DNA of 43,108 nucleotides, taken from the NCBI RefSeq assembly GCF_000743755.1, contig NW_014569376.1, positions 1 through 43,108 of the forward strand. The letters run 5' to 3'. Positions 1-13,859 of this stretch are shown here, piece by piece; position 1 is the first letter of the stretch, and each line of letters opens with the position of its first letter. Position numbers and translations under genes: made by a program. The DNA is from Blastocystis sp. subtype 4 (taxonomy: Eukaryota). The notes under the pieces were generated by a model. The model was not told where the DNA came from, searched no databases, and worked only from the letters and a program-made list of their open reading frames with translations.

Positions 1-3000
1 GAACAAAGCAATCATCATTGTTGACTTTCCAGCACCTGTACGACCCACGACACCAACCTTCTCATGAGGATTGATGGTAAGGTTCACTCCCTTCATCACC
101 AGAGGACCATCACGATAGCGCAGCTTTGCGTTCTTGTATTCAATACGACCCTCATTAGGCCAGCCTTGAGGAGGACGCACATCAGTAATCATGGGAGGCT
201 CTGGCTTTACAGTGTCAATATATTCCTTGATACGCTCCACAGAGTTCATCTGAGCCTCTGTCTGAGCCAACATCTTCACACACTGCTTCATCTGATTACT
301 CAGACTGGAGCAGGAGGAAAGACCGAGACCCAACAATGATGGAGACATCCATGAAGAAAGGACATTAGAGAGAATAGCAACAATCACCGTTACAATAGCA
401 GCAATGATATCAGATCGCACTGTCAGCCAAGCAGAGGCCCACTGGAAGGCAAGATTCACATTATTGTTCACATCCAGCTTTCCTTCGATTCCTTGAATGA
501 AACGTTCCTGATGGCCATATGCACGAATTGAAGGTGATCCCAATAAGACACCTTGGAAGTCTGTGAAGATGGGAGAACGAGAAACAGACTCAATTCGCTG
601 GATATCGGTGTTAGCACGTCTGAAAGAGCTCTGAATGTAGTAGTAAACGATAAAGGCAATGATGATGACTACAATCATAATACCTCGAGTCGACCAGGCA
701 ATGTTGATACACTCAGCAATCAACAAGAAGAGTTGAGCAAAGAACATTACTCCAGAACGAGGCAATTCATCATCGACCAACACCATATCACGATTGAATC
801 GATTCAGAATACGACCCACAGGAGTTACATCATGGAAAGCCACAGGAGCATCCAAAACGACATCTGCAAGTTTATCATGAATCTTCTGAGCTGCAACCAT
901 ACGAGCAGGAACTACTGCATAAATACGGAAGATTGTGAAGAGGGCATAACCAATGATCAGAGCTCCATAGATCCAAATGTACTGATAGGTAACCTTTTTG
1001 CAAGTTTCTGTGTACTCCTCACAATTGTTATCATCAGTCCAGATGCTTAACTCAATTTGAGAAGCCACAGAGAACAAGGCAGCTACAATGAAACAGAATA
1101 ATACGAAACCAAAGAGACCCTTACCAATTGCATTGAGATAATACTTGTAAACATCCCATGACATCTTACCTGCAACCTTCGTCTCCTCTGTAGTCAATGC
1201 ACCATTCTCATTGGAAGCATCAGCATTCTTACTCAACTCAGCTTCATCTCGCTGAGATTGACGTTTTGCTTCCTCTTCCTTCTCATGAATTGATCGACGA
1301 GAAGCAGCGAAAGATGATGAACCATCCTCCTCTGTCAACAGAGCCATCAGATCGATATTAGCAGCCTTCAGCTCCTCATAAGTGCCCTGATGTGCGATTG
1401 TATTGTTCTCCAACACAATCACATAGTCACATTTATGAAGATACTGAGTAGCATTTGTTACCAGAATACGAGTTCGACCCTTCATGTACTTCGAGATACA
1501 CTTATTGAACAGAGCTTTACCCACATGCGAATCCACAGCAGCAATAGGATCATCCATCACCACTACATCAGAATCACTGTAGCAGCATCGAGCTATGGAA
1601 ATACGAGCCTTCTGACCTCCACTCACATTGATACCTCGATCACCAATCTCACACTGATCACCTCCTGCTAGCATCTTCAGATCATCTTCAAGACAACACA
1701 CCTTAAGAATTTCCTTGTATTTAGCATCATCATAAGGCTTGCCAAAGAGAATATTGTTACGAACAGTATCATTCACAAGCCAAGCCTGTTGTGCTGATAG
1801 AGACATTGTACCATTCACCATTACCAAACCCGCATTCTTTGTCATCTCACCCACCAGAGAGGATACAAAGGAAGTCTTACCACTTCCTACACGACCCACG
1901 ACAGCCACTAAAGCTCCCTTGGGAATACGAACAGAGATATCCTTGAGACAATTTTCATTTTCACCCCATGCAAAGTAACCATCCTGAATAACTACAGCAT
2001 CCTTAGAAGCATCATAATCCTTGAGTTCCTTCTCCTCACCGTTTATTGTCTTGTATTTGAGTACACTTCCAGCAGGCACATCACGCTCAACCAATGTAGG
2101 ATCCACTTCATCCAAATCAAGGAAGTCTGTGATACGCTTGACAGAGACACAGAATTGGACGAATAACATCATACACATTGGCATCATAGCAAAGGGCATT
2201 TGAAGAATTTTGAAGAGAGAAATCGAAGTATAAGCAGTTGATGCCTTTAAAGGTTCATTCATAACACTAGGATAAAGAGCGAAACAGACCAGAGGAACAA
2301 TATTAGGAATAAGAGTCATGAAGGTATCAATACCCGTACCCATCAGATAACCCATATTGGCATGCTTCTTCAACTCAATCTTACGAATATCATGAATCTT
2401 TCCTTTGAACGGTTTCTCCCAACAATAATACTTGATCACACGAATTCCAGTCAGCACCTCATTCATCAGCTTCACACGAGCATCTGTAGCATTCAGAATA
2501 GCCATACGCATGGGTTGAGCATATGATACAGTGATAAATTGACAGATCAACATTAAGACGTAAATGGCCAGAGCAACCCAAGTGAGCTGCTTCATTTGCT
2601 TAGCAACCATAACAATACAGATGATCATCATCACAGGAATCATGATCACAATAGTAATAATCAAGGTGAACTGGAGCAACACGTTTGTATCTGTTGACAT
2701 AATGTTGACCAATTGACCTGTTGAAGTACTGCCCTTTGAAGTTGAGGTTAATCGCAAAGCCTTTTGATATACAGCCTCCTGAGCAATTGACTTCATCTGG
2801 ACTCCAAGTTTCACCATCATCATTTGTACTATCGAGTTGATATAGGCAGTGATAATGGGAACAATAAGAAGAATGACAGTATAAACCCATCGCATCGTCA
2901 TATCTATGATTAATTCCTTTTCTCAACACTTACTTGGTTCATCAGACTCCAGATCCGAGACCAGCAATTCCAAAATGATTGTTGGGACAAAGCTGAAACA

Positions 3001-3457
3001 AATAGCAATGATATTCAACACATTTGCAGTGATCCACTTGCAAATACCGGTGCTTCGGAAGACAGCACTAAAGAAGCTACGCTTCTTTTCCGGTTTCTTC
3101 AACTCTTTCTCCCACTGCTTTTCAAACTCGTCATAGAGATACCTGGCACTGAGATCCTTTGAACATTTTCCTAAATCTTCTGCCATAAGAGGTCGTTTTC
3201 CTCCCGTCCAGATCAGCTTTGATAAGAAAGAGACACTACACATAAGATACCATATAAAATATCCAACCTCATCCAAGAGAAGAAGTTTGCATTCTCCTCA
3301 TAACTGTAGTCGCTTGGCACCTAACGCATTATAACAAGAACAACACCTATACCAAAGGAGTAGGCTTTGACGGCGTCGGTGACGTCGGCTTGCTTGAGAT
3401 CTCTTGTAACTCAATCTCCTTCGTCTGTTGCTTTGCTTCTGTATGCGTCTCTTCCAT
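1..3457 (-). CDS. ABC transporter C family (MRP-like, no TMD0), 3' part runs off the window
   Basis: ATG at 3457, three ~30-nt introns, then a ~2.9-kb exon running to base 1. NBD1 Walker A VGRVGSGKTS, signature region GINVSGGQKARISIAR...MDDPIAAVDSHVG, two TM regions, start of NBD2 EKVGVVGRTGAGKST at the edge. Confidence 0.93.
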
Positions 3458-3707
3458 AATATTCAAAAGAGAAATAAAAATGAAAGTCTTTGAAGAAAGA
3501 AGGGGAGTTTCATCCCAAAACACTAAAGAACATTCGGCGAGTTCTGAGACCTTTCTATTAGTTCCATAATCTGATCTTATCTTATCTTTTATTGTGCAAC
3601 TTTTCTAGTTATGGATATCTGAAGCAGATCCTGGGAGTAGGAGCAATCGAATTGAACGATGTTCCAGAAATAATGAATTTGCGAAAACAAGAATTATAAT
3701 TCGTTTA

Positions 3708-4615
3708 TTATCCCCCCAATAGTGATTTATTCAAATACGCTTTCCAAAACTGAGCTCCATCTTCCGTAAGGAACGGAAATGTGATTCGATCCGTAGGAAT
3801 TATTAATGAGTATCTGGATTTGTTGGCAACCGTCGTAATGAGTTGACTGGCCATTCCTTTTCGTCGCCATTGGATAGCTGTCCATAGAGCGATTATATTC
3901 ATAAGTGATGTGCTTGTATCATCGGGTATCGCTGTGATTGCAGCAGCAGTGACTTTGTTGTTGTGAATGAATAGAAATGCCTTTCTATTTGGTGAATCCC
4001 GTATCTCTCCACATTCTTTTGTGATACACACTTCTAATGATTTCCAATAGGCGTGTGAAGTGAACTACATGGAATTAACAAAGAATCATTACCGAAGGAT
4101 CAACAAGAATACTATCTCCGTTTTCAAATTCTTGAATACTTTTGAGAGATGAACTATTCAAGAGTTATCGATAGATCTTACGGCAGACTTGTTGCTTTGA
4201 TGCCATTTTGAAATTCTTGACAGATTCTTTTATGGGCTTTCACATCATTCACATTGTCGCTATCAAAGAGAGTACCACAGATGGGACACGTTGATATGGC
4301 TGAATTCTCAATGTTATATCCATCCAACATGTTTTTACATGTAAAAGAGTGTATTGGTTGTCTTTCTTCGGACTTGGCTTCTTCTTGGTTGGAGTTGGAA
4401 TTCGTTTGAGTGTTCTGGACTTTGAAAATGAAAAAACTATCAAAGTTAATACTGTACGGAAGTGATCGTCAATCGTTGTTTGCTCTGTTTTCCTTTCTTC
4501 TTTACTAATCGACTTTTCTAGATGTCACAAATGATTTCCAGATGTTCGCACTTTTTGAAGGAGAGATAGTTTCTTCGTCTGAGCTTCCTTCACAAAGCGA
4601 GGTAAATCGTTTCAT
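3708..4615 (-). CDS. ECO1: Eco1/ESCO-like cohesin acetyltransferase (multi-exon)
   Basis: Spliced model contains a PIP-like QTTIDDHF, a zinc finger TCPICGTLFDSDNVNDVKAHKRIC, and a GNAT C-terminus IIALWTAIQWRRKGMASQLI...FPFLTEDGAQFWKAY, matching the Eco1 layout. Start codon is inferred. Confidence 0.75.
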
Positions 4616-4678
4616 ACTCGAATTGATTATCCAAAAACAAACAGAAGATATGACATCACATTGCGAAGTAGCGAATCA

Positions 4679-6852
4679 CTATTTAAAGATCTCATCAAAA
4701 AGATCCTGTTCCTCCTTCTCTTCAACAGGTGATTTGACTGGCTCTTCTTCACTCTGACTATCCTCATCATCAAAAATGTCAATGCTATCAGATTCTGATT
4801 CGTTTTCTTCGTCGCTAATCGCTTCTTGTTCAGAGTCACTATTAGGAATAGGAGAATTTGTGGTCACTGGATCAGGACCCCGTTTTGGAGTGATGAATTC
4901 GTCGGCTTTGCGATAGTAGACAGCAGCTATCGTTCCCATTTCTTCGAGCATGTTATATAGGAACTCATCACTCATTACTTCTTGATATTCCACCGAAAGT
5001 TGAGGTCGTGGTGCTAGAATAACACGCTTTGCAGCTTTAGGATCCGTAGAGATCAATCGCCAATATCTATTTGTTACAGACATCCTGAATACTCACAAGA
5101 AGGCTCGATCTCGAATATCCACAGAAATGGTTTCTGATGTTGCTAGTGTGAATAGGGTAGCTATTAGATTCTTTCCTTTTTCTGGTTTCTTTAAGAATAG
5201 TTTAACTGTAGCTGTTAAAAGTTGGAGCTGGACAGAAGGCTTCTCATCATGATACGAATCGAGGAAGAGTTCCAACAACTCATTCGCATTATCAATCAGC
5301 TCTGAATGCTCTCCAATCACCCAAATAATACAAGCTCGAGCCCGAGGTTCATCCAGCAAATTCATTGCATTACACATAGGTACAATCACCGAAGTATACT
5401 TCCCTGGATACAATCGGAACATATCAGTTAAGACAATGATGACTTCTTGTACAACATAACTGATTTTACTCTGAAGTAAATACAGTAAAACATTCACACA
5501 ACGATCAGCTGATGATTCTAGTTTCAAGGCACAACGACCAATAGCTCGAACGGAAGCACGGACAAACGATACATCAGCTTGTGTAGAATAACTACAAATG
5601 AAGCTCCTCTCATACTAAGACTCTTTGAATTCACTGAGGATTCGCTCCAGATGTCGAGATGTAGCAAGAGAGATTAGTAATTCCAGCTTCTCCATCTTCA
5701 CATAATAAGGATCATTGTATTTGCAGAAAAACACTTGAATATTCTGACTGAGAAGATTAGGCACCTTTTGGACAATGAGCCGAATGGAACGTAGAGCAAC
5801 ATAACGTAATTCTGCACAATCAGTTGATATCAATGAGAGAAGAGCATGAGCCATTTTGTTGAGAGCAGAGTGTTGCAACTCATCATCACAATCCTCAATG
5901 TTTAACAATATTACTTTAACTGCTCTATACTCAGAATCTCTTTCAATTCCTACCCAAGAACTACAGCAATATTCACATGTTGCAGACGAGGAACTGTCCG
6001 TTCCACGATCAACATGGCTTCTTCTTCATCTTTGGGAATATATTTCGCTAGGACATCCAGAATTGTAATTTGACCCCATTCAGAACACTCTTCAAGACAA
6101 ATCAGAAGCTTGTTTAGCATCTTGGTGTTGACACGAATCATATCTTGTCCAAGTACTTCGGATATATCTTTAAGAGCGACTAGAGAGTTGGAAACAACGA
6201 ACGGACTGGAATCACCGATCATCCTCCGAAGTCGTAGGAAAAAACCCTCTTCTTCACAGCGCTCTGGAGCCATATCAAAGAGTTTAGCAACACAAATTGC
6301 TGCTGTTTTCCGAACATATGGATCCTTGTCATCAAGCGCCTTTTCCAAGAGAGGAACAAGATATTCAACAATAGAATCTACACGTAGACATGCCATTGTT
6401 CGAAGAGCAAGAGAGCGAATTAGAGGGTTTTTATCTTCACAATCCTGGACAAATGTGTTTACAGAGAGAATAGTTAGATCTGGATTCTCTTTTGCATATT
6501 TCATTAAATATCTATTCATAAGGTCACAGAATCAAGGTCACAAATAAACCAACTTCTTCAATTCCAGGGTTTCGTTATGAATACAACTAATCACATCAGG
6601 AAATAGAGATGATACGTCCGTTCCAATTGTCATAGCAGCAATAACACACTTCATTGTCCGTCCTACTTCTTTCTTATTCAATCCATGGAGCTGCTTCCTC
6701 CAGTCATTAATATCTCCTCTCTTTGTAGTATTAAAATATCGAACATCGTTTCCACGAACTTTCCGCATGATCTTCTTATATAGCTGCTTTGTTGCCTTAT
6801 AGCCGCGTTTTGCGGCTCTGTTGATGGCTCGATCTAATTCTGCAGCTTTCAT
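4679..6852 (-). CDS. AP-1/AP-2 complex beta subunit (beta-adaptin), about 684 aa, no appendage domain
   Basis: YFNTTKRGDI, LELKKLVYLY, DKNPLIRSLALRTM, DKDPYVRKTAAICVAKL, FFCKYNDPYYVKMEKL, DIRDRAFLYWRL. Four introns of 29-30 nt give an open frame. Confidence 0.92.
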
Positions 6853-7103
6853 AGTCAAAATGAGTGAGAATGAAAAACGAACTGGATATGCGAAGAAACG
6901 GTAATTCCCGTTAAGTCCGTCTTTGAGAACAATAAGTGTTTGGTAATGTGGATATGTATGGGATGACAGATGAGTCAGGAGAAGGATGAAGGATACTAAC
7001 TTGAGAAAAAGTAATGATCACTTCACGTTGGATATATGGGAGGCTGTACTACATCGATTTAGATTGGACTGTGCCCAAGCAAGTTGATTTCTTCGTTTAT
7101 TCG

Positions 7104-7111
7104 TTTCGCGC
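7104..7111 (+). promoter_or_regulatory. E2F-consensus site TTTCGCGC upstream of SMC1
   Basis: Exact TTTSSCGC match about 50 nt before the SMC1 ATG, in the divergent beta-adaptin/SMC1 spacer. Confidence 0.4.
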
Positions 7112-7158
7112 CAAGATAGTGGATTCGTGGCACTTTTTGTTTCTTAATAACTAACGAT

Positions 7159-10100
7159 ATGGGAAGGGTTCTTCGCATTGAGTTAGAAAATTTCAAGTCC
7201 TATAAGGGTCGTCATGTTATTGGCCCCTTTGAACAGTTCACATGTATCATTGGGCCAAATGGAGCAGGTAGGATATTACAGTCTAGAATAAGTGGAAGGT
7301 AAATCCAATTTGATGGATGCTATTAGTTTTGTTTTGGCCATTTCGACGAAATACCTCCGAAGTCAGAATCTCCATGAATTGGTATATCATAATGATGAGA
7401 CAGATCTCAGTGCGGAAACCTGCTCCGTTTCGTTGTTCTATTTGACCGATGAGATTGATAATCAACTAAACGAGGATCTAGAAGCAGGGACAGAAGTGGA
7501 ATTCTTCAGACGTGTAAATGCAAATGGATCTTCCCAGTTTAAGATTAATGGTCGTCAGATCACAAGTGACAAGTATATTAAGAAGTTAGCTGAGTATAAT
7601 ATCCTTGTGAATTGCCGTAACTTCATTGTGTATCAAGGAGATGTCCAGAACATTTCGACTCGTTCTCCTGAAGAACTAACAACACTATTTGAGCAAATTT
7701 CAGGGAGTTGTGAATTGAAAGAGGAATATGACCGTTTGCGAGAGAAACGAGAAAAGCTGAAAGTGGTCATGGATATGAATCTAAAGAAGAAATACACAAT
7801 TATCTCTGAACGAAAGCTTGTTCAAGTTCAGAAAGAAGAAGCTGATGAATATCAAAAGAAGCAATCACTTCTTCGCGATCTCCGTGTAGAATACTTCTTA
7901 TGGCAATTGTACAACATCGAATCGAATTTGGAACAACATACACGCAGAGCTGACTCTCTGAAGGAGAAGTGTAGTGATATGGAGAACACTGATACAGTGA
8001 GAGCAGAGGAGATGAATGATACTTAGTCTCTTCGTCAGCAGAAGGACAGCAAACAGCGAGAGATGGCAAAACTTCGTGAGAAGCAACGAAAACTTGAGAA
8101 GCAACAACGAAGAGTGGAGGAACGAATCAAACAGAAACAACCCGAGAGCCTTAAATTGAATGATAAGATGCGTCGACAAGAGTAAGGATAAACGGAGAAT
8201 ATGATTGTAGAAAGGAACAACGACGTCTTGATGAAGAGTTGGAGAGATTACGAAGGGAGCAGGAGACAGTAACGAAGGAGAAGGAGACATTGGAGACTGA
8301 GTTGGATCGTATGCATTCAACATTGGAAGCATTGATGGAGTCTGTACCTCAGACTCAAGGAGGAGTTGTATTGAATGATGAACAAAAGGAACAATATGCA
8401 AGTTTGAAAGAAGAATTCAATCGTCAAGCAGGGAGTATTCTACAAACAAGAGAACAGAAACGTCGTGAGCATGATACTTTGACTTCACAAATAAAGCAGA
8501 AGACAGATTTGATTTCCAGTCATCAGCAAGAGCTTGATAATACTCGAGTCCTGATCAAGTGAGGTTGTGAGCCATAGAAATTAGTAGGTGATTTACGAGG
8601 TCAGCAACGACGACTAACACAGAGTCGAGATGATATTGAAGTGAGGGAGAGATGGATGGATGATGTGTAGAAAGTGATTCGTCATTTGGAAGAAGAGAGT
8701 GCTTCTCTTCAAACAGAATATGGAGCTGCAAAATCCTCGTTACAAGAGGTGAAAGTGAAGAAATGAAATGATGAGTAGAAACGTCAAATCTGTGAGAGAG
8801 TGAAGAAGGAACTTCAGAGTGAGATGGATGTTCGAGAAGGTCGCAAGCGTGAAAAGGAACGTCAAGCCTGTGTAACTCGTCTACGAGAACTCTTTCCTGA
8901 TGTTCGAGGCTTGCTATTAGATCTCTGTAATCCTACTCAGAAGAAATACAGTATTGCTGTAGAAACAGCCTTAGGTAAACATCTTGATGCAGTTGTAGTG
9001 AACACAAAGGCTGTTGCTATTGAGTGTATCCAGTATAAATCACTTAAATCCTATCATGAATAGATTCTTGAAGGAACAGCATATGGCTCCTCTGGACTTC
9101 TATCCATTAGACTCTCTGAAGCCAAAAGAACTTCGAATGGAGTTACGACGTCATAACTGCAAACTGTGTTATGAATTATTGGAATTCGATCCTGCTATTG
9201 AGATTGCGATTCGATATGCTGTTGGAAACACTGTTGTGGCTGAGAATCTGACAATTGCACGTCAGCTGGCATATGAGGAAGGGATTCATGAGAAGGTTGT
9301 GACTCTGGATGGAGAACAGATAGCAAAGAATGGAGCAATGACAGGTGGAATTGGGAAAGTGACAAAAACAGGCAAATTTCAGGACAAGGTGATTCAAAGG
9401 AAGCAAGAAGAGTTGGCTGCTCTTGAAGCAGAGTGTCAGGAATTGGAAAAGAAACTTCAAAGGAATGCAGCAAACTCAGAACGAGTGCGATCTGTGGATT
9501 CAGAGGTTCTAGCCCAACGAGGAAAACTTCGGTGAGGAAATGGAATGTGAATGAACATTAGAGTATTCAATGAAGAGATAACTGTGATTGAGAAGAAGAT
9601 CCAAGCATATGGAACACGAATGAATGGCCTAGAGAGCTCATTAGCAGAAGAGAAGAAGGAGCTTACTAGTTTGCAAAAGGAGGAAGAGACATTTGTTCAA
9701 GCTCTTAGTATTCTGCTTCAGAAATGTACTGTCATTGAGAAACGTGTTTATGGAACATTCCTACAAACTATTGGAATTGGATCGATTCAGGAATTGGAGA
9801 GTGAGTACTTGTCGAAACTTCGAGAGAATGAACGAATGCAGACAGAGTGTCGTACACATATCACGTTGATTGAAGGCAAGCGAGATTATGGTGATCAACG
9901 ACTGGTGACAATAGCTCAATCGATTCGTGAATACGAGGAACAGAGAATGAAGATCGAGAAGAAGCTAACAGAGGTGAGACGACGTGTGAATGATGTGAGT
10001 GGTGAAATGAGTGTTATGGAGGAAGAAGAAGAAAATGGAAAGCGAGAGATTGGTCTGGTTATGAAGAGTGTGCGAGACGTGGAGATTGTGATTCAAGAGA

Positions 10101-11233
10101 TTGATAATCGGATTCGAGAAAACCGCGGGAATCTGAAGAAAACAGAAGATCAAATTTCATCAGAACGATGTGCTATGGAGACATTACGATCAAAAAGGAA
10201 TGCTGTTCTTAAATCAGCAATGATCGAACAAGTACAGATTCCTCTTCTGTCATCTCGTGAGTCACAAGTCTCAGAAGGATCTCAGATGGAGGTGGAAAAT
10301 GAAACTCCTATGTCCAGTCAGGTGATGGCTTCACAACTCAGTCAGAGCCAGACACAAACACCTCAGTTCAGTCAAAGTCAAGCAATGATAGTTCAAACAG
10401 ATCAGGAGCAAGTTGATCGAATCGACTTCTCTTCTCTGGGAGATCATGCTGTCGTAATGAATGAAGGATGAATTGATTTGTAGGCAGTAAGTGAAGGTGA
10501 ATATGGAATTCGAGATGAACAGTATCGAGATAGAATCGCTCGATTAGCTTCTGAAGTGGATAAAATGACACCAGATATGTTAGCAGAGAAGAAGTTCAAA
10601 GATATTTCCGATCGTGTTAGTGGGATCATTGCTGATCGAAAGGAGATGGTCACTGACTACACTGCTGCTAATGAGGAGTTCAAGGATTGTTGTAAACGTC
10701 GCAAGGATTTGTTCATGAGTGCATATGAACAAGTGGAACGAGTTATTGACGCTACTTATAAGGACCTCACACGTTCACCTCAGTTCACGACAGGAGGTCA
10801 AGCTCTTTTAGCTCTTACCAATCCAGATGTATTGATGATAAGATGAATTGACTTCTAGGAACCTTATTTGGGTGGGGTGAAATATACAGTAAGTCCAGTA
10901 GGGAAACAATATCGAGATATTGGTCAGTTATCTGGTGGCGAGAAAACCATAGCTACATTAGCTCTACTGTTTGCCTTGCATAGCTTCCGTCGTGCTCCTT
11001 TCTTCATTATGGATGAGATAGATGATGCTCTTGATAATGCAAATGTTGAACGTGTGGCGAAGTATTTGATGTCGAACTCACGAATCACACAATGCATTAT
11101 TATCTCTCACAAGGACTTACTATTCGAGAAGAGTGATAGTCTGGTTGGAGTATACCATAATTGGCAGGAAGCATCTTCTGCAATCCTTACAATTGATTTA
11201 AGAAAGTATGATCCTGAATCCGAAAGGAGTTGA
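7159..11233 (+). CDS. SMC1: Structural maintenance of chromosomes protein 1 (cohesin subunit)
   Basis: N-terminal LENFKSYKG and Walker [19 protein letters not shown] (intron-split), coiled coils, hinge ([17 protein letters not shown]), C-terminal LSGGEKT and [13 protein letters not shown]. Confidence 0.96.
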
Positions 11234-11235
11234 TC

Positions 11236-11243
11236 TGTTTGTT
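11236..11243 (+). terminator. TGTTTGTT polyadenylation/cleavage element (SMC1)
   Basis: Known Blastocystis 3'-end motif. Also seen after genes at 13724, 15231, 16795, 22201, 23600, 26808, 27984 (+) and 4636-4643, 32872-32879, 39958-39965, 41359-41366 (-). Confidence 0.85.
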
Positions 11244-11325
11244 CCAATACGATAATCGCGGGAATAGGATGACTTCGGCCTTGCTTCTTTATCACTTGCT
11301 CAAGTCTGTGAGACTAAGATTAAGA

Positions 11326-13711
11326 ATGTCTGTGGAAAAGTAAGAATCTCGTTGTTATTATCTATTTCTTACCCTTTGAATAGTCACGAAACGAATCGTC
11401 TTATTGAAGGAACTAAACAGAATATTGCTACTACGGGCTGCATTGGAGGAGAGGTTACTATCATGAAGGATGCTCCTTTTTTGAAAGAGCGTGACGAGCT
11501 TTTCAACAAGTTCTATGAGGAGTATCAGAAGACTATTGCAGGTATGTTTGATTGGTCTTATTCTTTGTGAACGATTTACGATGTTTAGCGAAGCCTCGTT
11601 CTGCTATCACCATTACTCTTCCTGATGGAACTGTGAAAGAGGGAACTGCTTGGGAAACCACTCCTTATATGATTGCTGAAGGTATCTCGAAGGGACTCGC
11701 CCAGCATGCTCTTGTTGCCAGAGTTTGTATTTGGAAGTGACTACTGATTATAGGTTGCTTATGAAGATGCTACTATTGGTTGTGATGCCTGCAAGACTGA
11801 GGAATCAGATAGTGAAGATGAGGGAGAAGAAGAAGGTCTTTTATGGGATATGCATCGTGTGCTTGAAGGAAGCTGCAAGCTATGGATTCTGAAGTTCGAG
11901 GATAAGGGAGGAAAGGCCGTATGTTATGGTTTCTGGCTTAGACAGTAGACATTCTGGCACAGCAGTGCTCATATTCTGGGAGAGGCAATGGAGAATCTGT
12001 ATGGTGTGGATCTGTGTATTGGACCTGCTCTGAAGGATGGCTTCTATTATGATGCCTATTTTGGTAAAATGTAGGAGAGAGTGGTAAGGATGATGGATAG
12101 GAGTGTTACAGAAGGAGACTGTGGTAAGATTGATGAGGAAGCCAATCGTTTGATCAAGTCGAAGCAAGTATTCCAACGCTGTGAGTTAACGAAGGAACAA
12201 GCTCTTCAGCTGTTTAGTCACAATCCGTTCAAGCAACAGATTATCTCCAGCAAGGTTGCTGATGGTGCTACAACTAGCGTCTATCGTTGTGGAACTCTGA
12301 TTGATCTCTGCATGGGTCCTCATCTCCCTAGCACTAGCTTCATCAAAGGATTCGCTGTGGTGAAGAATAGTGCTTGCTATTGGTTGGGCAACGCTGAGAA
12401 TGATACTCTCCAACGTGTCTACGGTATCTCATTCCCTGACTCCAAGCAGCTGAAGGAATGGAAGCAGCAGCAAGAAGAGGCTAAGAAGAATGATCATCGT
12501 CGTTTGGGTGAACAACAGGATCTCTTCTTCTTCCATGAATTGAGTCCTGGTAGCTGCTTCTTCTTGCCTCATGGAGCCTATATCTACAACCGTCTGATTG
12601 AGTTCATTCGTCAGGAGTACCACAAACGTGGCTACACTGAAGTGGTAAGTCCTAATGTGTTCAATCTGGACCTGTGGAGAATCAGTGGTCACTATGATCA
12701 CTACAAGGACGATATGTTCCTCTTTAAGTGTGATGATACTGAATATGGTCTCAAACCAATGAATTGTCCTGGTCACTGCTTGATGTTCTCTCATACACTT
12801 CACAGCTATCGTGGTAGGTACTGTTTCTGTCTATTGACTCTCTAGAGTTGCCTATTCGTTTCGCTGACTTCGGTGTACTTCATCGTAATGAGCTGTCTGG
12901 TGCATTGAATGGTCTGACTCGTGTGAGACGTTTCCAGCAGGATGATGCCCACATCTTCTGTCGTCCTGACCAGATCAAGCAGGAAGTTAGCAGTGTTCTT
13001 GATTTCATGCGTCATGTGTACGGAATTTTTGGAATGACCTTCAAGTTGGAGCTTTCCACTCGTCCCAAGAAGGCTATGGGTGATCTTGCCTTGTGGAACA
13101 AGGCTGAGCAGAATCTCAAGGAATCTCTGGATGAGTTTATCGGAGTTGGCAACTGGAAGGTGAATCCTGGTGATGGTGCTTTCTATGGTCCCAAGATCGA
13201 TATTAAGGTTCTGGATGCTCTTCATCGTGTCCACCAGACGGCTACAATCCAACTGGATTTCCAACTGCCTATTCGCTTCGATCTGTCGTACAAGTCTGCT
13301 GATGGAACAATGGAGCGACCTGTGATGGTCCACCGTGCCATTCTTGGATCTGTTGAACGATCGTTTGCTATTCTACTGGAGCATTATAAGGGCAAATGGC
13401 CTTTCTGGCTGAGTCCTCGTCAGGCCATTGTGATCCCAGTGAATGCCTCCTGTATGGAATATGCTCAGAAGGTGAAGCAGACTCTATGGGATAATCACTT
13501 CCAAGTTGAGTTAGAAGAATCTGGTCGTACTCTCAACAAGATGGTGAGAGAGGCTCAGCTCGCTCAGTTCAACTATATTCTGGTTGTTGGTAATAAGGAA
13601 GCTGAAACCAATTCTGTTGCCATTCGTAGTCGTGATAATGCCATGTTGGGTGTTAAGACCCTAGATGAGTGTATTACCATGTTCAAGGAACTGGAAGAAT
13701 CGTATCAATAA
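11326..13711 (+). CDS. TARS: Threonyl-tRNA synthetase, cytosolic type
   Basis: TGS domain [81 protein letters not shown]. The 14-nt first exon is inferred. Confidence 0.96.
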
Positions 13712-13859
13712 GGGAATTGTTTTTGTTTGTTGTTGAATCAAACTTCTGGTGGTAGATTTTACTAGTGTTGGTATGGTTGGGTATCAATAAATGATGTATC
13801 ACTATACAAGTAAGTTTGAACAATGTTCTTCATTCATATTTTTAAGACTTTGAACAAAA

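Noticed and set aside
64..3136. Multiple plus-strand ORFs
   Set aside because: Antisense to the ABCC transporter exon, which the ORF track misses because it is open at the window edge.
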